64,000 nucleotides of DNA, taken from NCBI GenBank assembly GCA_031423235.1, contig JANPFC010000072.1, positions 53 to 64,052 of the forward strand. Reading direction: 5' to 3'. Position 1 is the first letter of the stretch. The number at the start of each line of letters is the position of its first letter. Below are positions 9,126 through 19,372 of this stretch, in pieces. Made by a program: the position numbers and the translations under genes. Under the pieces are notes generated by a model, which saw nothing but the letters and a program-made list of their open reading frames with translations, was not told the DNA's origin and did not search any database. This stretch comes from Chlamydiota bacterium (GTDB taxonomy: Bacteria > Chlamydiota > Chlamydiia > Chlamydiales > SM23-39).

Positions 9126-9598
9126 TTGTCTGCGTCTGGATCTTCGAGGATCCCCCGTTTCCAGCGGTTCCGGTCAGAGAATGGATCTTCATCGTCTTCT
9201 TCTTCGAGGAGAGTCGCTTCGCCTTCTTCTGTGCTTCCCGCCCCTGTGCCGGCTTCAGTCTCTTCTTCGGCAATCGTCTCCATGTCGTAGGCTTCTGTTT
9301 CCATGTCGAGCCCAGCGTCGGTCATGTTATCGCCCATGTCCATGTCTGGCAGGGTGTGGGGCTCTGCGTAGGCTTGTCTGGAGGGTGATCGTTTCGGGGT
9401 GACGTACTCTTCGAGTTCGCCGCTTTCTTTCATAAAGCGGAGCCGCTCCTTCTCTTCCCCAATTTTCTCTTGGAGAGAACGGATTTCCTCTTTGTGTTTC
9501 ACGACGTCTTTTTTCGGTACAAGCCCTAGATTCATCCACTGCTCAAGATCTTCTAGTTCTGTTTCGAGTTTTTTTAGTCTTTCGCTCTTAATATTCAT
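9119..9598 (-). CDS. Hypothetical acidic coiled-coil protein
   Basis: 159-aa ORF with AGAGGG before the ATG. It overlaps the hemW start by 7 nt, an operon-like arrangement. The C-terminal half is strongly acidic. Confidence 0.5.
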   Translation of the reverse strand: MNIKSERLKKLETELEDLEQWMNLGLVPKKDVVKHKEEIRSLQEKIGEEKERLRFMKESGELEEYVTPKRSPSRQAYAEPHTLPDMDMGDNMTDAGLDMETEAYDMETIAEEETEAGTGAGSTEEGEATLLEEEDDEDPFSDRNRWKRGILEDPDADNW

Positions 9599-9785
9599 TG
9601 CCCTCTAACCATGTCATATGTACTAACCACTTCTTCCTATCTCACCAAAGAAAAATTGTAAAATATTTTCTTCAAACCGTTTCAAACAACCCGCTGAAAA
9701 AGGGATAGAGAGAGCTTTTTACTAGAAAAGCGATTTTTTCGGCAAGTTTATTCTGACTTATGCTATGGAAAGAAATGGAGGATGC

Positions 9786-12452
9786 ATGCCTGAATTTCCA
9801 GACCACGCTCAACTTGCCAACATTGGGCTCATTGAAGATCTCTACAATCGCTATCTGGCAAATCCAGAAAGCGTTGATCCTTCCTGGCGCCATTTTTTCG
9901 AGGGGATCGATTTTGGATCCTATCTATTTAAACGGGGCGTTGAACCTACTCCCGATCAATCCAACATAAGGATTTACGAACTTGTTCAAGCTTTTCGCCG
10001 TTATGGACATCTGCTCGCAAAATTCAATCCGCTTGAGACTGGCGAAAGAACTGCCCATGAACTCGATTTAGAGCGTCTCGGATTTTTCCAATCGGAAATG
10101 GATCAGAATTTCCCAACGCTTGGGCTTTGCGGAAAAAATGAGGCGCCGCTCAGAGAAATTTTGGCCGCTCTCAAAGAGATTTACTGTAGCCGGATTGGGT
10201 TCGAGTACATGGACTTAGGCAATCCGGAACTTGAAAAGTGGATGCAAAGCCGGCTTGAACCGCGGATTTTAATACAGCCTGCAATTGAAGAGAAGCATTT
10301 ACTTTTGGAGTATCTGAATAAGTCTGAGGTTTTTGAGTTATTCCTCCACACCAAATATGTGGGGCAAACTCGCTTTTCACTTGAAGGGGCAGAGACGATG
10401 ATCCCCCTCATCGCCGAGATGATCGATTATGCTGGCAATCTCGGAGTGGAAGAAATTCTGATCGGGATGGCTCATAGAGGCAGGCTCAACGTTTTAACCA
10501 ATATTCTCAATAAGCCGCTCGATTTGATTTTAGCTGAGTTTGAAGATGATACGACGCTCTCTTTTTCTGGGAATGACGATGTGCGCTACCACATGGGATT
10601 TGTCGGCGATTTTAAAACGCGCTCGAATAAGACAGTAGTCGTAGGCATGGCAGCCAACCCGTCGCATCTCGAATCGGTTGACCCTGTTGCCATTGGACAA
10701 ACATTTGCCAAGCAGCTGCAGAGACAAGATGTTCAAAAGGAGAGGGTGGCTCCGTTGATTATTCACGGCGATGCTTCGATTGCAGGCCAGGGGGTCGTTT
10801 ACGAATCGCTGCAGCTTATGAATCTTCCCTGTTATTCAGTGGGGGGAACTCTCCATTTAGTCGTGAACAACCAGATCGGCTACACAACTTTGCCTGAAGA
10901 GTCGAGATCCACCCGTTACTGCACCGATATTGCTAAGACTTTTGGCTGCCCTGTATTCCACATCAATGCGGAAGATCCAGAAAGCTGCCTATTTGCTGCA
11001 AAACTTGCCGTGGAGATCAGGCAGAAATTTCATTTAGATGTATTTATCGACCTCCTCTGCTACCGAAAGTATGGGCACAATGAAGGGGATGAACCTTCCT
11101 ATACTCAGCCGCTTCAATATCAGATGATCCGTTCGAAAAAACCGATTCGGCAAATCTACTATGAGCAGCTTCTCTCCGAAGGGAAAACGGAACAGAAACT
11201 TGCAGAAACTCTTGAGCTTCAATTCAAAGAGACGATGAAGCGGGAACTGATCAAGGCGCAGGAAAAACTCGCAGCCAAAACAGAAGAGAAGGCCTCTGTG
11301 GTCTTCAATCCATTTGAGCCGTTCCGCTCAAGCGTGGACGAAAAAATATTGAAAGGGGTCATCGACACTTTCTGCAAAGTGCCCGAAGGGTTCCATCTCC
11401 ATCCGAAACTGCAAAAGTGGTTGAAAGACCGCCAGGCATCGCTAAACGGCAGCATCGATTGGGGAACCGGGGAGTGTTTAGCTTTCGGCTCTCTACTTGA
11501 CGGGGGCGTTCCGATCCGTTTGGCTGGCCAAGATTCTCAGAGGGGAACTTTCAGCCATAGGCATATGGTTTGGATCGATGGAGAAACATCGAAACAGTAT
11601 TGCCCTCTTTGCAAATACAATGCCCGTTTACAGGTGGTCAACTCCCCGCTGACTGAATATGCCGGCATGGGATTTGAGTACGGATACACTTGGACTGCTG
11701 TCGATTCTCTTGTATTGTGGGAAGCGCAGTATGGAGATTTCAACAACGGCGCAGAAATCATCATCGATCAGTATATAGTCAGCGGGGAGCAAAAATGGAA
11801 CACATCCTCGTCTTTGACCCTTTTACTTCCTCACGGCTATGAAGGGGCGGGTCCAGAGCACTCTTCGGCGAGATTAGAGCGTTTCTTACAGCTGTCTGCA
11901 AATAACAACATTCAAGTGGTCAACGCATCGACCCCTGCCCAATATTTCCACCTCCTGCGAAGACAAGGATTAAGAAAAGTGAGGAAGCCGCTCATTGTAT
12001 TTACTCCAAAAAGCCTTCTTCGATCGCCTGTTTGCGTGAGCAAGCTCGATGATTTCACTAAGGGAAGATTTGAGGAACTTTTGGACGATCCAACGCCGCC
12101 TCTAAAAGCAAAGCGTTTGATTTTCTGTTCCGGGAAAATATTCTACGATCTCATGGCCGCGCGCAAACGGACAGATGTGGCGATTATCCGAGTTGAGCAG
12201 CTTTATCCTTTAAATATCGATCGTATCAGGCAGTTGATTGAGAAATACAAAGGGTTTACCGAGTGCTTGTGGGTTCAGGAAGAGCCAGAAAATATGGGCG
12301 CTTGGAATTATATCGGACCCTATTTGCACACTCTAGTGTCGAAACTCCATTATGTTGGCCGTCCGCAAAATGCGACGACATCGACAGGATCGAGCAAGAA
12401 ACATAAACAAGAGCAGGCGATTCTGCTCCAACAGGCTTTTGGTGAGTTATGA
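9786..12452 (+). CDS. sucA: 2-oxoglutarate dehydrogenase E1 component
   Basis: Start at MPEFPDH (GGAGG upstream). The protein is SucA-like along its full length ([34 protein letters not shown]). Confidence 0.93.
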   Translation: MPEFPDHAQLANIGLIEDLYNRYLANPESVDPSWRHFFEGIDFGSYLFKRGVEPTPDQSNIRIYELVQAFRRYGHLLAKFNPLETGERTAHELDLERLGFFQSEMDQNFPTLGLCGKNEAPLREILAALKEIYCSRIGFEYMDLGNPELEKWMQSRLEPRILIQPAIEEKHLLLEYLNKSEVFELFLHTKYVGQTRFSLEGAETMIPLIAEMIDYAGNLGVEEILIGMAHRGRLNVLTNILNKPLDLILAEFEDDTTLSFSGNDDVRYHMGFVGDFKTRSNKTVVVGMAANPSHLESVDPVAIGQTFAKQLQRQDVQKERVAPLIIHGDASIAGQGVVYESLQLMNLPCYSVGGTLHLVVNNQIGYTTLPEESRSTRYCTDIAKTFGCPVFHINAEDPESCLFAAKLAVEIRQKFHLDVFIDLLCYRKYGHNEGDEPSYTQPLQYQMIRSKKPIRQIYYEQLLSEGKTEQKLAETLELQFKETMKRELIKAQEKLAAKTEEKASVVFNPFEPFRSSVDEKILKGVIDTFCKVPEGFHLHPKLQKWLKDRQASLNGSIDWGTGECLAFGSLLDGGVPIRLAGQDSQRGTFSHRHMVWIDGETSKQYCPLCKYNARLQVVNSPLTEYAGMGFEYGYTWTAVDSLVLWEAQYGDFNNGAEIIIDQYIVSGEQKWNTSSSLTLLLPHGYEGAGPEHSSARLERFLQLSANNNIQVVNASTPAQYFHLLRRQGLRKVRKPLIVFTPKSLLRSPVCVSKLDDFTKGRFEELLDDPTPPLKAKRLIFCSGKIFYDLMAARKRTDVAIIRVEQLYPLNIDRIRQLIEKYKGFTECLWVQEEPENMGAWNYIGPYLHTLVSKLHYVGRPQNATTSTGSSKKHKQEQAILLQQAFGEL

Positions 12453-13561
12453 AAGTTGAGATAAAGATTCCCAAAATGGGGGAATCGATCGTTGAAGCGA
12501 CGATCGGAACGATCATGAAACCAACAGGCTCTGTTGTGAGGGCGGACGAAGAGGTCTTGGAGATCGAGACTGAGAAAGTAAATCAGGTCCTTTCGGCTCC
12601 AGCTGCTGGAAAAGTGGTCCTTACAGTCAAATCGGGAGATACTGTTAAGGTCGACCAAGTGATTGGGACGATTGACACCGATGCTGCTGGCGCTCCAGCT
12701 GCTCCGGAGCCTAAAAAAGAGACTCCAAAGATCGAAGCGCCCAAAGCGCATGCAGAAGCCTTGCCGCCAGCGAGAAAAAAAGTGGATGAGTATGTAGCGG
12801 AAGTGACGAAACCAGCAGCTCCTCAGATTCCTATAGCGCCGCCAGCGGCTCCACGTGTTTCTGGAAGAGAAACCCGCAAAAAAATGTCCAAATTACGCCG
12901 TGTTATTGGCGAGAGGCTCGTTAAGGTGAAAAATGAGACGGCTATGCTCACCACCTTCAACGAAGTCGATATGAGCGCTGTCATGAAAATGCGTGAGGAA
13001 AATCAGGAAAATTTCCAGAAAAAGCATGGCGTGAAACTCGGATTCATGTCGTTTTTCGTCAAAGCTTGCGTATCTGCTCTCCAAGCGTTTCCAGATGTGA
13101 ATGCGCGTATCGAACAAGACGAAATTGTCTATCAGCATTTTTTCGATATTGGAATTGCAGTTGGAACTGAAAAAGGGCTTTTTGTCCCTGTAGTGCGGAA
13201 TGCCGACCAGCTCTCTTATGCTGAAATTGAAAAAGTGTTGAAAGTCTATGCCGACAAGGCGCGGGCCGGCACGATAACGGTCGATGAGATGCAAGGGGGC
13301 ACTTTCACCATCACGAATGGGGGAGTGTACGGCTCGATGCTCTCCACTCCGATCCTCAATCCGCCGCAAAGCGGCATCCTCGGAATGCACAATATTGTAA
13401 AACGGGCCGTCGTTGTGAATGATCAGATAGTCATACGCCCCATTATGTATCTCGCCCTCAGCTATGATCATCGGATTATCGATGGAAAAGATTCGATCTC
13501 ATTCTTGATGCACATCAAGAAGAATTTGGAAGAACCTACGAGGTTTTTGCTTGACCTATGA
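12449..13561 (+). CDS. sucB: Dihydrolipoamide succinyltransferase, E2 component
   Basis: Lipoyl domain with ETEKV lipoyl-Lys, an Ala/Pro linker, and a catalytic SYDHRIIDG motif. Overlaps the sucA stop by 4 nt. Confidence 0.93.
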   Translation: MKVEIKIPKMGESIVEATIGTIMKPTGSVVRADEEVLEIETEKVNQVLSAPAAGKVVLTVKSGDTVKVDQVIGTIDTDAAGAPAAPEPKKETPKIEAPKAHAEALPPARKKVDEYVAEVTKPAAPQIPIAPPAAPRVSGRETRKKMSKLRRVIGERLVKVKNETAMLTTFNEVDMSAVMKMREENQENFQKKHGVKLGFMSFFVKACVSALQAFPDVNARIEQDEIVYQHFFDIGIAVGTEKGLFVPVVRNADQLSYAEIEKVLKVYADKARAGTITVDEMQGGTFTITNGGVYGSMLSTPILNPPQSGILGMHNIVKRAVVVNDQIVIRPIMYLALSYDHRIIDGKDSISFLMHIKKNLEEPTRFLLDL

Positions 13562-14864
13562 CGTTGTTGTAATTGGATCGGGTCCTGGCGGATATGTGGC
13601 GGCGATACGTGCGGCGCAGCTTGGACTTAAAACTGCGTGCATTGAGAAAAACAAGACGCTCGGCGGAACGTGTCTCAATGTTGGATGCATCCCATCTAAA
13701 GTACTTTTACACGATTCTGAAGGGTCGACTGATCTTGCCAAGATGATGGAGCGAAAGACGAAGGTGGTCTCAGGATTTACCTCGGGTATCGATGGTTTGT
13801 TCAAGAAAAACAAAATCGATTGGATTCAGGGAACCGGGCGGCTTACAGGTCCCCATACAATCGACGTGGACGGCAAAGCGATAGAGGCGAAGAATATCAT
13901 CCTCGCAACAGGCTCAGAGCCGATCCAGCTCCCTTTCTTGCCGTTTAATGAGAAAACGATCCTCTCTTCCACAGGCGCTCTCGCATTAACCCATGTTCCT
14001 AAGAAAATGCTCGTCATTGGCGCCGGCGTAATTGGCGTGGAGCTCGGCTCTGTTTACAAGAGATTGGGGTCGGAAGTGATCTTTATCGAGTTCCTCGATC
14101 GAATTTGCCCCGCATTCGACAATGCTCTATCGAAAGCGCTTCTAAAGTCGCTTACCAATCAGGGAATGGTCTTTCATCTATCGCACAAGGTGATGAAAGC
14201 GGAAGGGACGACGCTCACAGTACAGGGTCTGGAAGGGGAGAAGCAGTTTACGGGCGATGTCGTCCTCGTTGCTGTTGGAAGAAGGCCATTTTCTGAGGGA
14301 CTTGGTTTGGAGAAGGTCGGAATTCAAAGAGATTCGAAAGGGTTCATTCCAATCGACGCTTCATTTAGGACATCGCAGCCTCATATCTTTGCCATCGGGG
14401 ATCTTGTTGAAGGGCCGATGCTTGCGCACAAAGCCTCGGAAGAGGGTGTAGCTGTTGCAGAACTGATTGCTGGGCATAGACCGATGATTAACTATATAGC
14501 GATCCCGAATGTGGTTTATACGCATCCGGAAGTGGCCTCAGTTGGACTTACTGAAGAAGAGGTGAAGGCGATGAAGATCCCTTACAAGTCTTCGCAGTTT
14601 CCCTTTAAGGCAAATTCTAGAGCCAGATGTATGAATGACGATGAGGGGTTTATTAAAATCTTGGCCGAACAGAACAGCCGCCGGATCCTAGGCGTCCATA
14701 TAATAGGGCCTAGCGCTTCGGAGTTGATCGCGGAGGCCACTCTTGCGATTCAGTTGAAGGCGACGGCCGATCAGTTAGCAGATACCTGTTATGCGCATCC
14801 GACCCTTTCTGAGGCGTTAAAAGAAGCGGCTCTTGGCCTATTCAAAGCTCCCATCCATATATAA
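13551..14864 (+). CDS. lpdA: Dihydrolipoyl dehydrogenase, E3 component
   Basis: GSGPGGY FAD motif and [13 protein letters not shown] redox disulfide. The in-frame start is TTG 13551, overlapping the sucB end. Confidence 0.92.
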   Translation: MTYDVVVIGSGPGGYVAAIRAAQLGLKTACIEKNKTLGGTCLNVGCIPSKVLLHDSEGSTDLAKMMERKTKVVSGFTSGIDGLFKKNKIDWIQGTGRLTGPHTIDVDGKAIEAKNIILATGSEPIQLPFLPFNEKTILSSTGALALTHVPKKMLVIGAGVIGVELGSVYKRLGSEVIFIEFLDRICPAFDNALSKALLKSLTNQGMVFHLSHKVMKAEGTTLTVQGLEGEKQFTGDVVLVAVGRRPFSEGLGLEKVGIQRDSKGFIPIDASFRTSQPHIFAIGDLVEGPMLAHKASEEGVAVAELIAGHRPMINYIAIPNVVYTHPEVASVGLTEEEVKAMKIPYKSSQFPFKANSRARCMNDDEGFIKILAEQNSRRILGVHIIGPSASELIAEATLAIQLKATADQLADTCYAHPTLSEALKEAALGLFKAPIHI

Positions 14865-14878
14865 CAAGCGAGTCCTAG

Positions 14879-15526
14879 ATGTGCTTTTCAGCCAGTGCGA
14901 GCTTTACTTCAGCCCTTGTTTTATTTCTCGCGGGATGTGCGACTCAAACACAGGTTAGTTCAAGAAATCAGAGATATTTTGCGGCAGTTCCGTTTTTCTT
15001 TGCCCTTCAGCAATTATCCGAAGGTTTCCTTTGGGTGGCTCTTTCATCCTATTCACTTGAGTGGATTCATATCTACCAGTGGATTTTCTTAATCGTAGCC
15101 TTTGCGATATGGCCCCTTTGGATCCCCATTTCCTTTCTGAAAATGGAAAGGGATGTCTATCGGAAGAAATGGATGGTTGCTTCCCTCATCCTTGGAGTCA
15201 TTTTCATTCTTTTAATATTTGGAAAACTGCTGATTTTTAATGATGTAGCCAGTCCGAGCGTTATTGAATATAGCATTCATTATGGCGTGAATATTACAAT
15301 GCCAGAGATCATTTTCTTTAGCATTATTTACCTTTGTGTCGTAGTGACGCCAGCACTGATCTCTTCAATGCGCGGAAGCTGGATATTTGGGGTAGCTACA
15401 GCATTGTCATTTGCGTTCGCTTGCTTTTTTAAAATAAGCTGTCTGGTTTCAGTGTGGTGCTTTTTTAACGCACTCTGCAGCGTTCTGATTTTCTGTCTAT
15501 TGCGCTACAACAAACGGCACGGATAA
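14879..15526 (+). CDS. Polytopic membrane protein, function unknown
   Basis: 215 aa with about 6 hydrophobic segments. No motif recognised. Confidence 0.55.
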   Translation: MCFSASASFTSALVLFLAGCATQTQVSSRNQRYFAAVPFFFALQQLSEGFLWVALSSYSLEWIHIYQWIFLIVAFAIWPLWIPISFLKMERDVYRKKWMVASLILGVIFILLIFGKLLIFNDVASPSVIEYSIHYGVNITMPEIIFFSIIYLCVVVTPALISSMRGSWIFGVATALSFAFACFFKISCLVSVWCFFNALCSVLIFCLLRYNKRHG

Positions 15527-15565
15527 GTCCTAATCTAAGAAGCCACAAGTGCCTAATAATAAATT

Positions 15566-15693
15566 CTCTGCGCCACTCTGCGTCTCTGCGGTGAATTTTA
15601 AATCCGGTAAAATTCATCCAATGAACCAAAGATCCATTACTAAAGGGTTAGAAATTCACCGCAGAGACGCAGAGTACGCAGAGGGTCGCAGAG
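15566..15693. repeat. CTCTGCG/CGCAGAG-type palindromic element
   Basis: Left arm CTCTGCGCCACTCTGCGTCTCTGCGGTGAATTT versus right arm GAAATTCACCGCAGAGACGCAGAGTACGCAGAG. The same TAATAATAAA-CTCTGCG lead-in occurs at 19664. Confidence 0.8.
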
Positions 15694-15742
15694 TTAAATT
15701 TGTAAAGAATGAAGATTATATTGTTTCCCTTTTTTCAAAGTT

Positions 15743-15865
15743 AGGTTGAGGCTTATGGGGGCATCCCCAAATCCTGTAAGCGCGCCTCTCTCATCCTGCC
15801 CTCTCGCGTGCGAGAGGACATCCTGCAAGCTTCGCTCTTAGCGATGCGCATCCTGTAAAAGCTGT
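15743..15865. repeat. AGGTTGAGGC..GGGGC.TCCCC box followed by about 4 tandem ATCCTG(Y)AA-hairpin units
   Basis: AGGTTGAGGCTTATGGGGGCATCCCC matches the box at 19854-19879. ATCCTG then recurs at 15771, ~15793, ~15820 and 15850, with small stem-loops between copies (for example CCTCTCGC-GT-GCGAGAGG). Confidence 0.7.
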
Positions 15866-15880
15866 TAGGTAATAAAAACT

Positions 15881-16450
15881 TTAGTAGCCGTGGGAGTTGC
15901 CGCAGCCGCAAGATGCCTTCACGTTCGGATTGGTGATCTTGAAGCCGGCTCCATGGAGGCCGTCAACAAAGTCGATCACGCAGCCCATAAGGCGGTCTAC
16001 TGACTTATGGTGTAAATGGATCTGGATCCCTGCCGACTCGAGAACGAGATCGCCTGGTTTCGCTTTTTCAGAGTAATCAAGGAAATATTCGAATCCGCTG
16101 CAGCCCGCTGCTCTTTCTCCAAAACGGAGTCCCCAGCCTGCTTTCCCTTCTTCTTCAAGAATTTCGTTGTATTTCTTAGCGGCTCTTTCAGTGATCGTGA
16201 CCGTATTCGGATCTTCTTTCTCTTCAAGAATTTTGTTGAGTTTGCCAAGCAGCTGATCAATTGATTCATCGGTCAAGCCGTGGCTATACATGCCAGCTTC
16301 GAGCGTTTCCCAAGTGGAGGCTGAACAGCCCACGCAATGGAGCCCAGTATTTGTCATCTCTTGGGCAAGTTTAGGACTTTTTGATGGGAATTTTTTGAAA
16401 ATATCATCAATTGTCATGTCGCGGGTAATTTTCTGTTCCATAGGTCTCAC
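15881..16450 (-). CDS. Fe-S cluster carrier: DUF1858-like N-domain fused to a HesB/IscA-type domain
   Basis: The N-terminus (TIDDIFKKFPSKSPKLAQEMTNTGLHCVGC) resembles the ScdA_N/DUF1858 type. The C-terminus has A-type carrier Cys residues (AAGCSGFEY ... CGCGNS). The start may be ATG 16441 rather than GTG 16450. Confidence 0.75.
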   Translation of the reverse strand: MRPMEQKITRDMTIDDIFKKFPSKSPKLAQEMTNTGLHCVGCSASTWETLEAGMYSHGLTDESIDQLLGKLNKILEEKEDPNTVTITERAAKKYNEILEEEGKAGWGLRFGERAAGCSGFEYFLDYSEKAKPGDLVLESAGIQIHLHHKSVDRLMGCVIDFVDGLHGAGFKITNPNVKASCGCGNSHGY

Positions 16451-16714
16451 TTAAAATTTGATTTTAACACAGCCGCCCTTGATCCTGCATTGGCAGGCTA
16501 GGCGCTCTTTATCGAGCTCGCCAAGGAAATCGGCTTCCGCTTGGTTGAATTCGGATAGATTGTTCATCCCCTCTGTCACTTCAATGACACAGGTGCCGCA
16601 TACACCTTCTGTGCATGCAAAAGGGACCCCCGCCTGCTCACAGGCTTCGGCGATCGGTGAATCGTCGGGGAGGTCCGCTTCTTCTTTATTCTCTTCAAAA
16701 ATTATCTTTGCCAT
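16451..16714 (-). CDS. 2Fe-2S ferredoxin
   Basis: 87 aa with the Cys pattern CTEGVCGTCV ... CQC. Lies immediately upstream of the IscA-like gene. Confidence 0.8.
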   Translation of the reverse strand: MAKIIFEENKEEADLPDDSPIAEACEQAGVPFACTEGVCGTCVIEVTEGMNNLSEFNQAEADFLGELDKERLACQCRIKGGCVKIKF

Positions 16715-16762
16715 AAATCGGGTATGTTATTGGTCACCCAATTTAGCCTTTTGGACAATAAT

Positions 16763-16921
16763 TTACAAGCCGCCTTTAAGAAGCTCTTCTACGGTCTGCT
16801 TTAAGGTGATCACACCCTCGCTAAACCCGCATTCGACAAGTATTTGATTTAAATATGATAATTCTGTTTTGAGATGGTCAACTAAACTTTCTAATGTAGC
16901 GATTTTTTTATTTACTTCCAC
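16763..16921 (-). CDS. Possible small ORF (52 aa, helical) not on the supplied track
   Basis: GTG start preceded by GAGGT. Translation: MEVNKKIATLESLVDHLKTELSYLNQILVECGFSEGVITLKQTVEELLKGGL. Same strand as the ferredoxin gene and upstream of it. Confidence 0.3.
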   Translation of the reverse strand: MEVNKKIATLESLVDHLKTELSYLNQILVECGFSEGVITLKQTVEELLKGGL

Positions 16922-17171
16922 TGTATACCTCAATGGTTATTTTTATTTTTATTACTACATTCTTCATTATATTCCGGTTTGTTTAATAATTGCAAATTTA
17001 ACAAATCGTTATTATCTAGTGTAATTTTTACTATTTTACATTAGTAATATTGAAAAATTAAATGTCATAACAATTTTATTACGCTTTGCTAATATAATAA
17101 CATTCTATTAAAATATTCACGAATTTACAAACAATTACATTATAATAAAATTAATAAAGATTGGAGGCAAT
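16922..17171. promoter_or_regulatory. Extremely AT-rich ~250-bp divergent upstream region
   Basis: Visibly far more AT-rich than its flanks. No ORF. Repeated ACAATT(T)TA(C)ATTA-like motifs. Ends in GGAGG before ATG 17172. Confidence 0.35.
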
Positions 17172-19352
17172 ATGCCATTTTCATTATCAAGTATATTCGG
17201 TTCTAGAGCGGTGGATGCACCAGCTCCAGTTGAACAACCGAAAGTAAACGAAGTTGAGTTGACTGAGACTCCTTCTACAACATCTGCACCTTCTGCTCCA
17301 GTAGCTGAGGCGGCTGCGCAAGATGCGAAAACAAATTTTGAATGGAACGTTGGCAGACTCTATTCTTCTGAACCTGGTAAGTCTACAGCTAGAACATGGG
17401 CAGTAAGAATTCTTTCTACACTTCTCGTATTCCCACTCGTTTTGACAGCCATTGTTGATCTCGGTCGAAGACTCGCGTACTCAGCAGGTCTTGTAAACGG
17501 CAAGAGCTTTAGCTTAATTGATAAAGCGTCTGCTGGCTGTAAAGCTGTTGCTGACAAGGTAAGCTCTGTTTACCAGTCATACTGCAAACCGTTGACAAAA
17601 GAAGAATTGAACGCTAAGTCGCAAGCAGCGATTAAAGCCCATTCGGAAAAATTAGTTGATGGCTTCAAAGCCCTCAATGGCGGCTATCTCCACACAAACT
17701 CTAGCTTCAGTTCGCCTGCAGCATTAAATGCTGAAAGACAAATTGAGAAAGCGAAAGTGGATCTCATCGCTGAAGTAAATACTTATGTGGTTCGCAATGC
17801 GACTGGAACTGAAGATTTCGTAGCTCATTTAACTACTGCGAAAGCAATGGTTGCATCTTCTCTTGCAGAAGTTGCAGGCGATGCGTTCTACATCCAGAAC
17901 AAATCTGAGCGAAGCGGACCTCGTCCATTCATCCGTGATTGGGCTAACGTAGAATTCCAAGCTGCTCTCGAAGGAAACAAACAGACAGTTGAGCAATTCG
18001 TTGGCTTTGCAAGACAAGAGCCTGACTTTGCAGCCGGCCTCAAAAAAGGGGTTGTTGCTGGAATCTTGACAGGCGAGCAAGCTAAATCTGCTTTGAAACA
18101 ACAAGTTGAAGCTGTGTTCTCTCAAGGCTTGGAAACAGGACTTGAAGCGGCAAACACTGGCGCTGAGAGACTTCTTGAGTCTGGCGTTCAAGCTCAAGTT
18201 GTAAGCAAAGAAGAAGCTGCTTCTGTTGACGAAAGCATCCAACCAGATGTTGATGTCCTTGCAGACGCTGCAGCGAGAGATGTTGCTAGAAAGCAGCAGA
18301 CAAATCCTGCTATCTCTGAAGACGAAATCACAATTCAGCTCACAAAAGCGGCTGATGGATTGAAGCAGAAGAAAAAATTGAAGCCAGAAGACGAAACTAA
18401 GTTCTTGACTGCTGCGAAAGCTCAGCTTGCAAAAGCGAAAGAAGCTGTTGAAGCGGAAGCTATCAAGCAAAAACAAGAAGCTGATGAAATAGCAGCTAAA
18501 CAAGTAGCTGAAGTTCAAAAAGCTGCTGATCAGTCGTCGCTCCTCGGTAAATTCGTCGGAATGCTCGGCCTCATCAGCAAGAAGCAAGAAGAGCTCACAG
18601 CTCAGTTCTTGAAGTTCGATGAACTCGAAGCGAAGCGTCAAACTGTAACGGATTCATTAGAGACAATCCGAACAACAGCTGTGACAGTTCGCGGCGTACC
18701 AATGACTATTTTGCAAGCAGCTGGCGAGTACTATAAAGCTGTTAGCGCGATTTCTAACTCAGGCCTGACGCCTGCAGCTAAGAAACAACAGGTAAAAGAT
18801 TTGGGCAACCAAGGCTTTAGCCAGCAAACGATCGACAAGATCAATCAGTTGAAGGCTCTTGAGCCTCAATTGACTGAAGTACTTGATCAGCAAGACGCTC
18901 TTGCTCAAGCGATCGATACACAGCACGAAGAAGTCGCTACACTGATGGCTAAGTTCAAAGTCTATAAAAAGAACAATCTCGCTCAATTAGAAGTGCGCAA
19001 CCGCAAAGTTGTCACAGACACTGAGAAGAGAATTGAAACGGTTCAAAGGACTTTGGATCAAAGACACAGACAGCTCGCGCAAGTTGACACATCATTGATT
19101 GGCCGTTTGAGACCAGAGCCTCTCAGAGTTGTGAACATCGATCCTACTGCAAACAAAGAGGAAGTTGAAGCTCTTGTGGATGCATTCGGAAGATCTCAAG
19201 GCGCGGTCGCTGATGACTTCATTGTTCCAGATGCAATCTCGCGTACAAGAGTTGTATGGAATGGCATGAAGCGTGCGGCTTCTATCGTGGCGACGCCAGT
19301 AACTTATCCTATCGGCGCTATCGCAGCTCGATGGAATAGGCCAAAAGCATAA
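17172..19352 (+). CDS. Large membrane-anchored Ala/Lys/Glu-rich coiled-coil protein
   Basis: 726 aa. Strong RBS (GGAGG). One N-proximal hydrophobic segment (AVRILSTLLVFPLVLTAIVDLG), a long predicted helical region, and a short hydrophobic C-terminus. Confidence 0.75.
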   Translation: MPFSLSSIFGSRAVDAPAPVEQPKVNEVELTETPSTTSAPSAPVAEAAAQDAKTNFEWNVGRLYSSEPGKSTARTWAVRILSTLLVFPLVLTAIVDLGRRLAYSAGLVNGKSFSLIDKASAGCKAVADKVSSVYQSYCKPLTKEELNAKSQAAIKAHSEKLVDGFKALNGGYLHTNSSFSSPAALNAERQIEKAKVDLIAEVNTYVVRNATGTEDFVAHLTTAKAMVASSLAEVAGDAFYIQNKSERSGPRPFIRDWANVEFQAALEGNKQTVEQFVGFARQEPDFAAGLKKGVVAGILTGEQAKSALKQQVEAVFSQGLETGLEAANTGAERLLESGVQAQVVSKEEAASVDESIQPDVDVLADAAARDVARKQQTNPAISEDEITIQLTKAADGLKQKKKLKPEDETKFLTAAKAQLAKAKEAVEAEAIKQKQEADEIAAKQVAEVQKAADQSSLLGKFVGMLGLISKKQEELTAQFLKFDELEAKRQTVTDSLETIRTTAVTVRGVPMTILQAAGEYYKAVSAISNSGLTPAAKKQQVKDLGNQGFSQQTIDKINQLKALEPQLTEVLDQQDALAQAIDTQHEEVATLMAKFKVYKKNNLAQLEVRNRKVVTDTEKRIETVQRTLDQRHRQLAQVDTSLIGRLRPEPLRVVNIDPTANKEEVEALVDAFGRSQGAVADDFIVPDAISRTRVVWNGMKRAASIVATPVTYPIGAIAARWNRPKA

Positions 19353-19372
19353 ATCAACTAAAGTAGCCTCTA

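Noticed and set aside
12893-13471. 192-aa antisense ORF within sucB. Similar shadow ORFs occur at 523..1026 in fabI, 5607..6038, 30725..31297 in gltX, 47875..48384 in recJ and 29507..29923.
   Set aside because: All are embedded in or antisense to CDS with unambiguous family motifs. None carries recognisable motifs or start signals. I treat them as shadow ORFs.
15549-15749. 66-aa ORF. Similar ORFs occur at 61628..61966, 4755..4940 and 4828..5010.
   Set aside because: These frames run straight through the palindromic repeat elements, so both arms translate into mirror peptides such as SAPLCVSAV / HRRDAEYAE. The repeats explain them better than protein coding does.
17829-18641. 270-aa ORF on the minus strand inside the 726-aa coiled-coil gene
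   Set aside because: It is antisense to a much longer ORF that has a strong RBS and terminator. Its translation is low-complexity and Phe/Ser/Leu/Cys-rich, the typical mirror image of a Lys/Glu/Ala-rich frame. It has no RBS.
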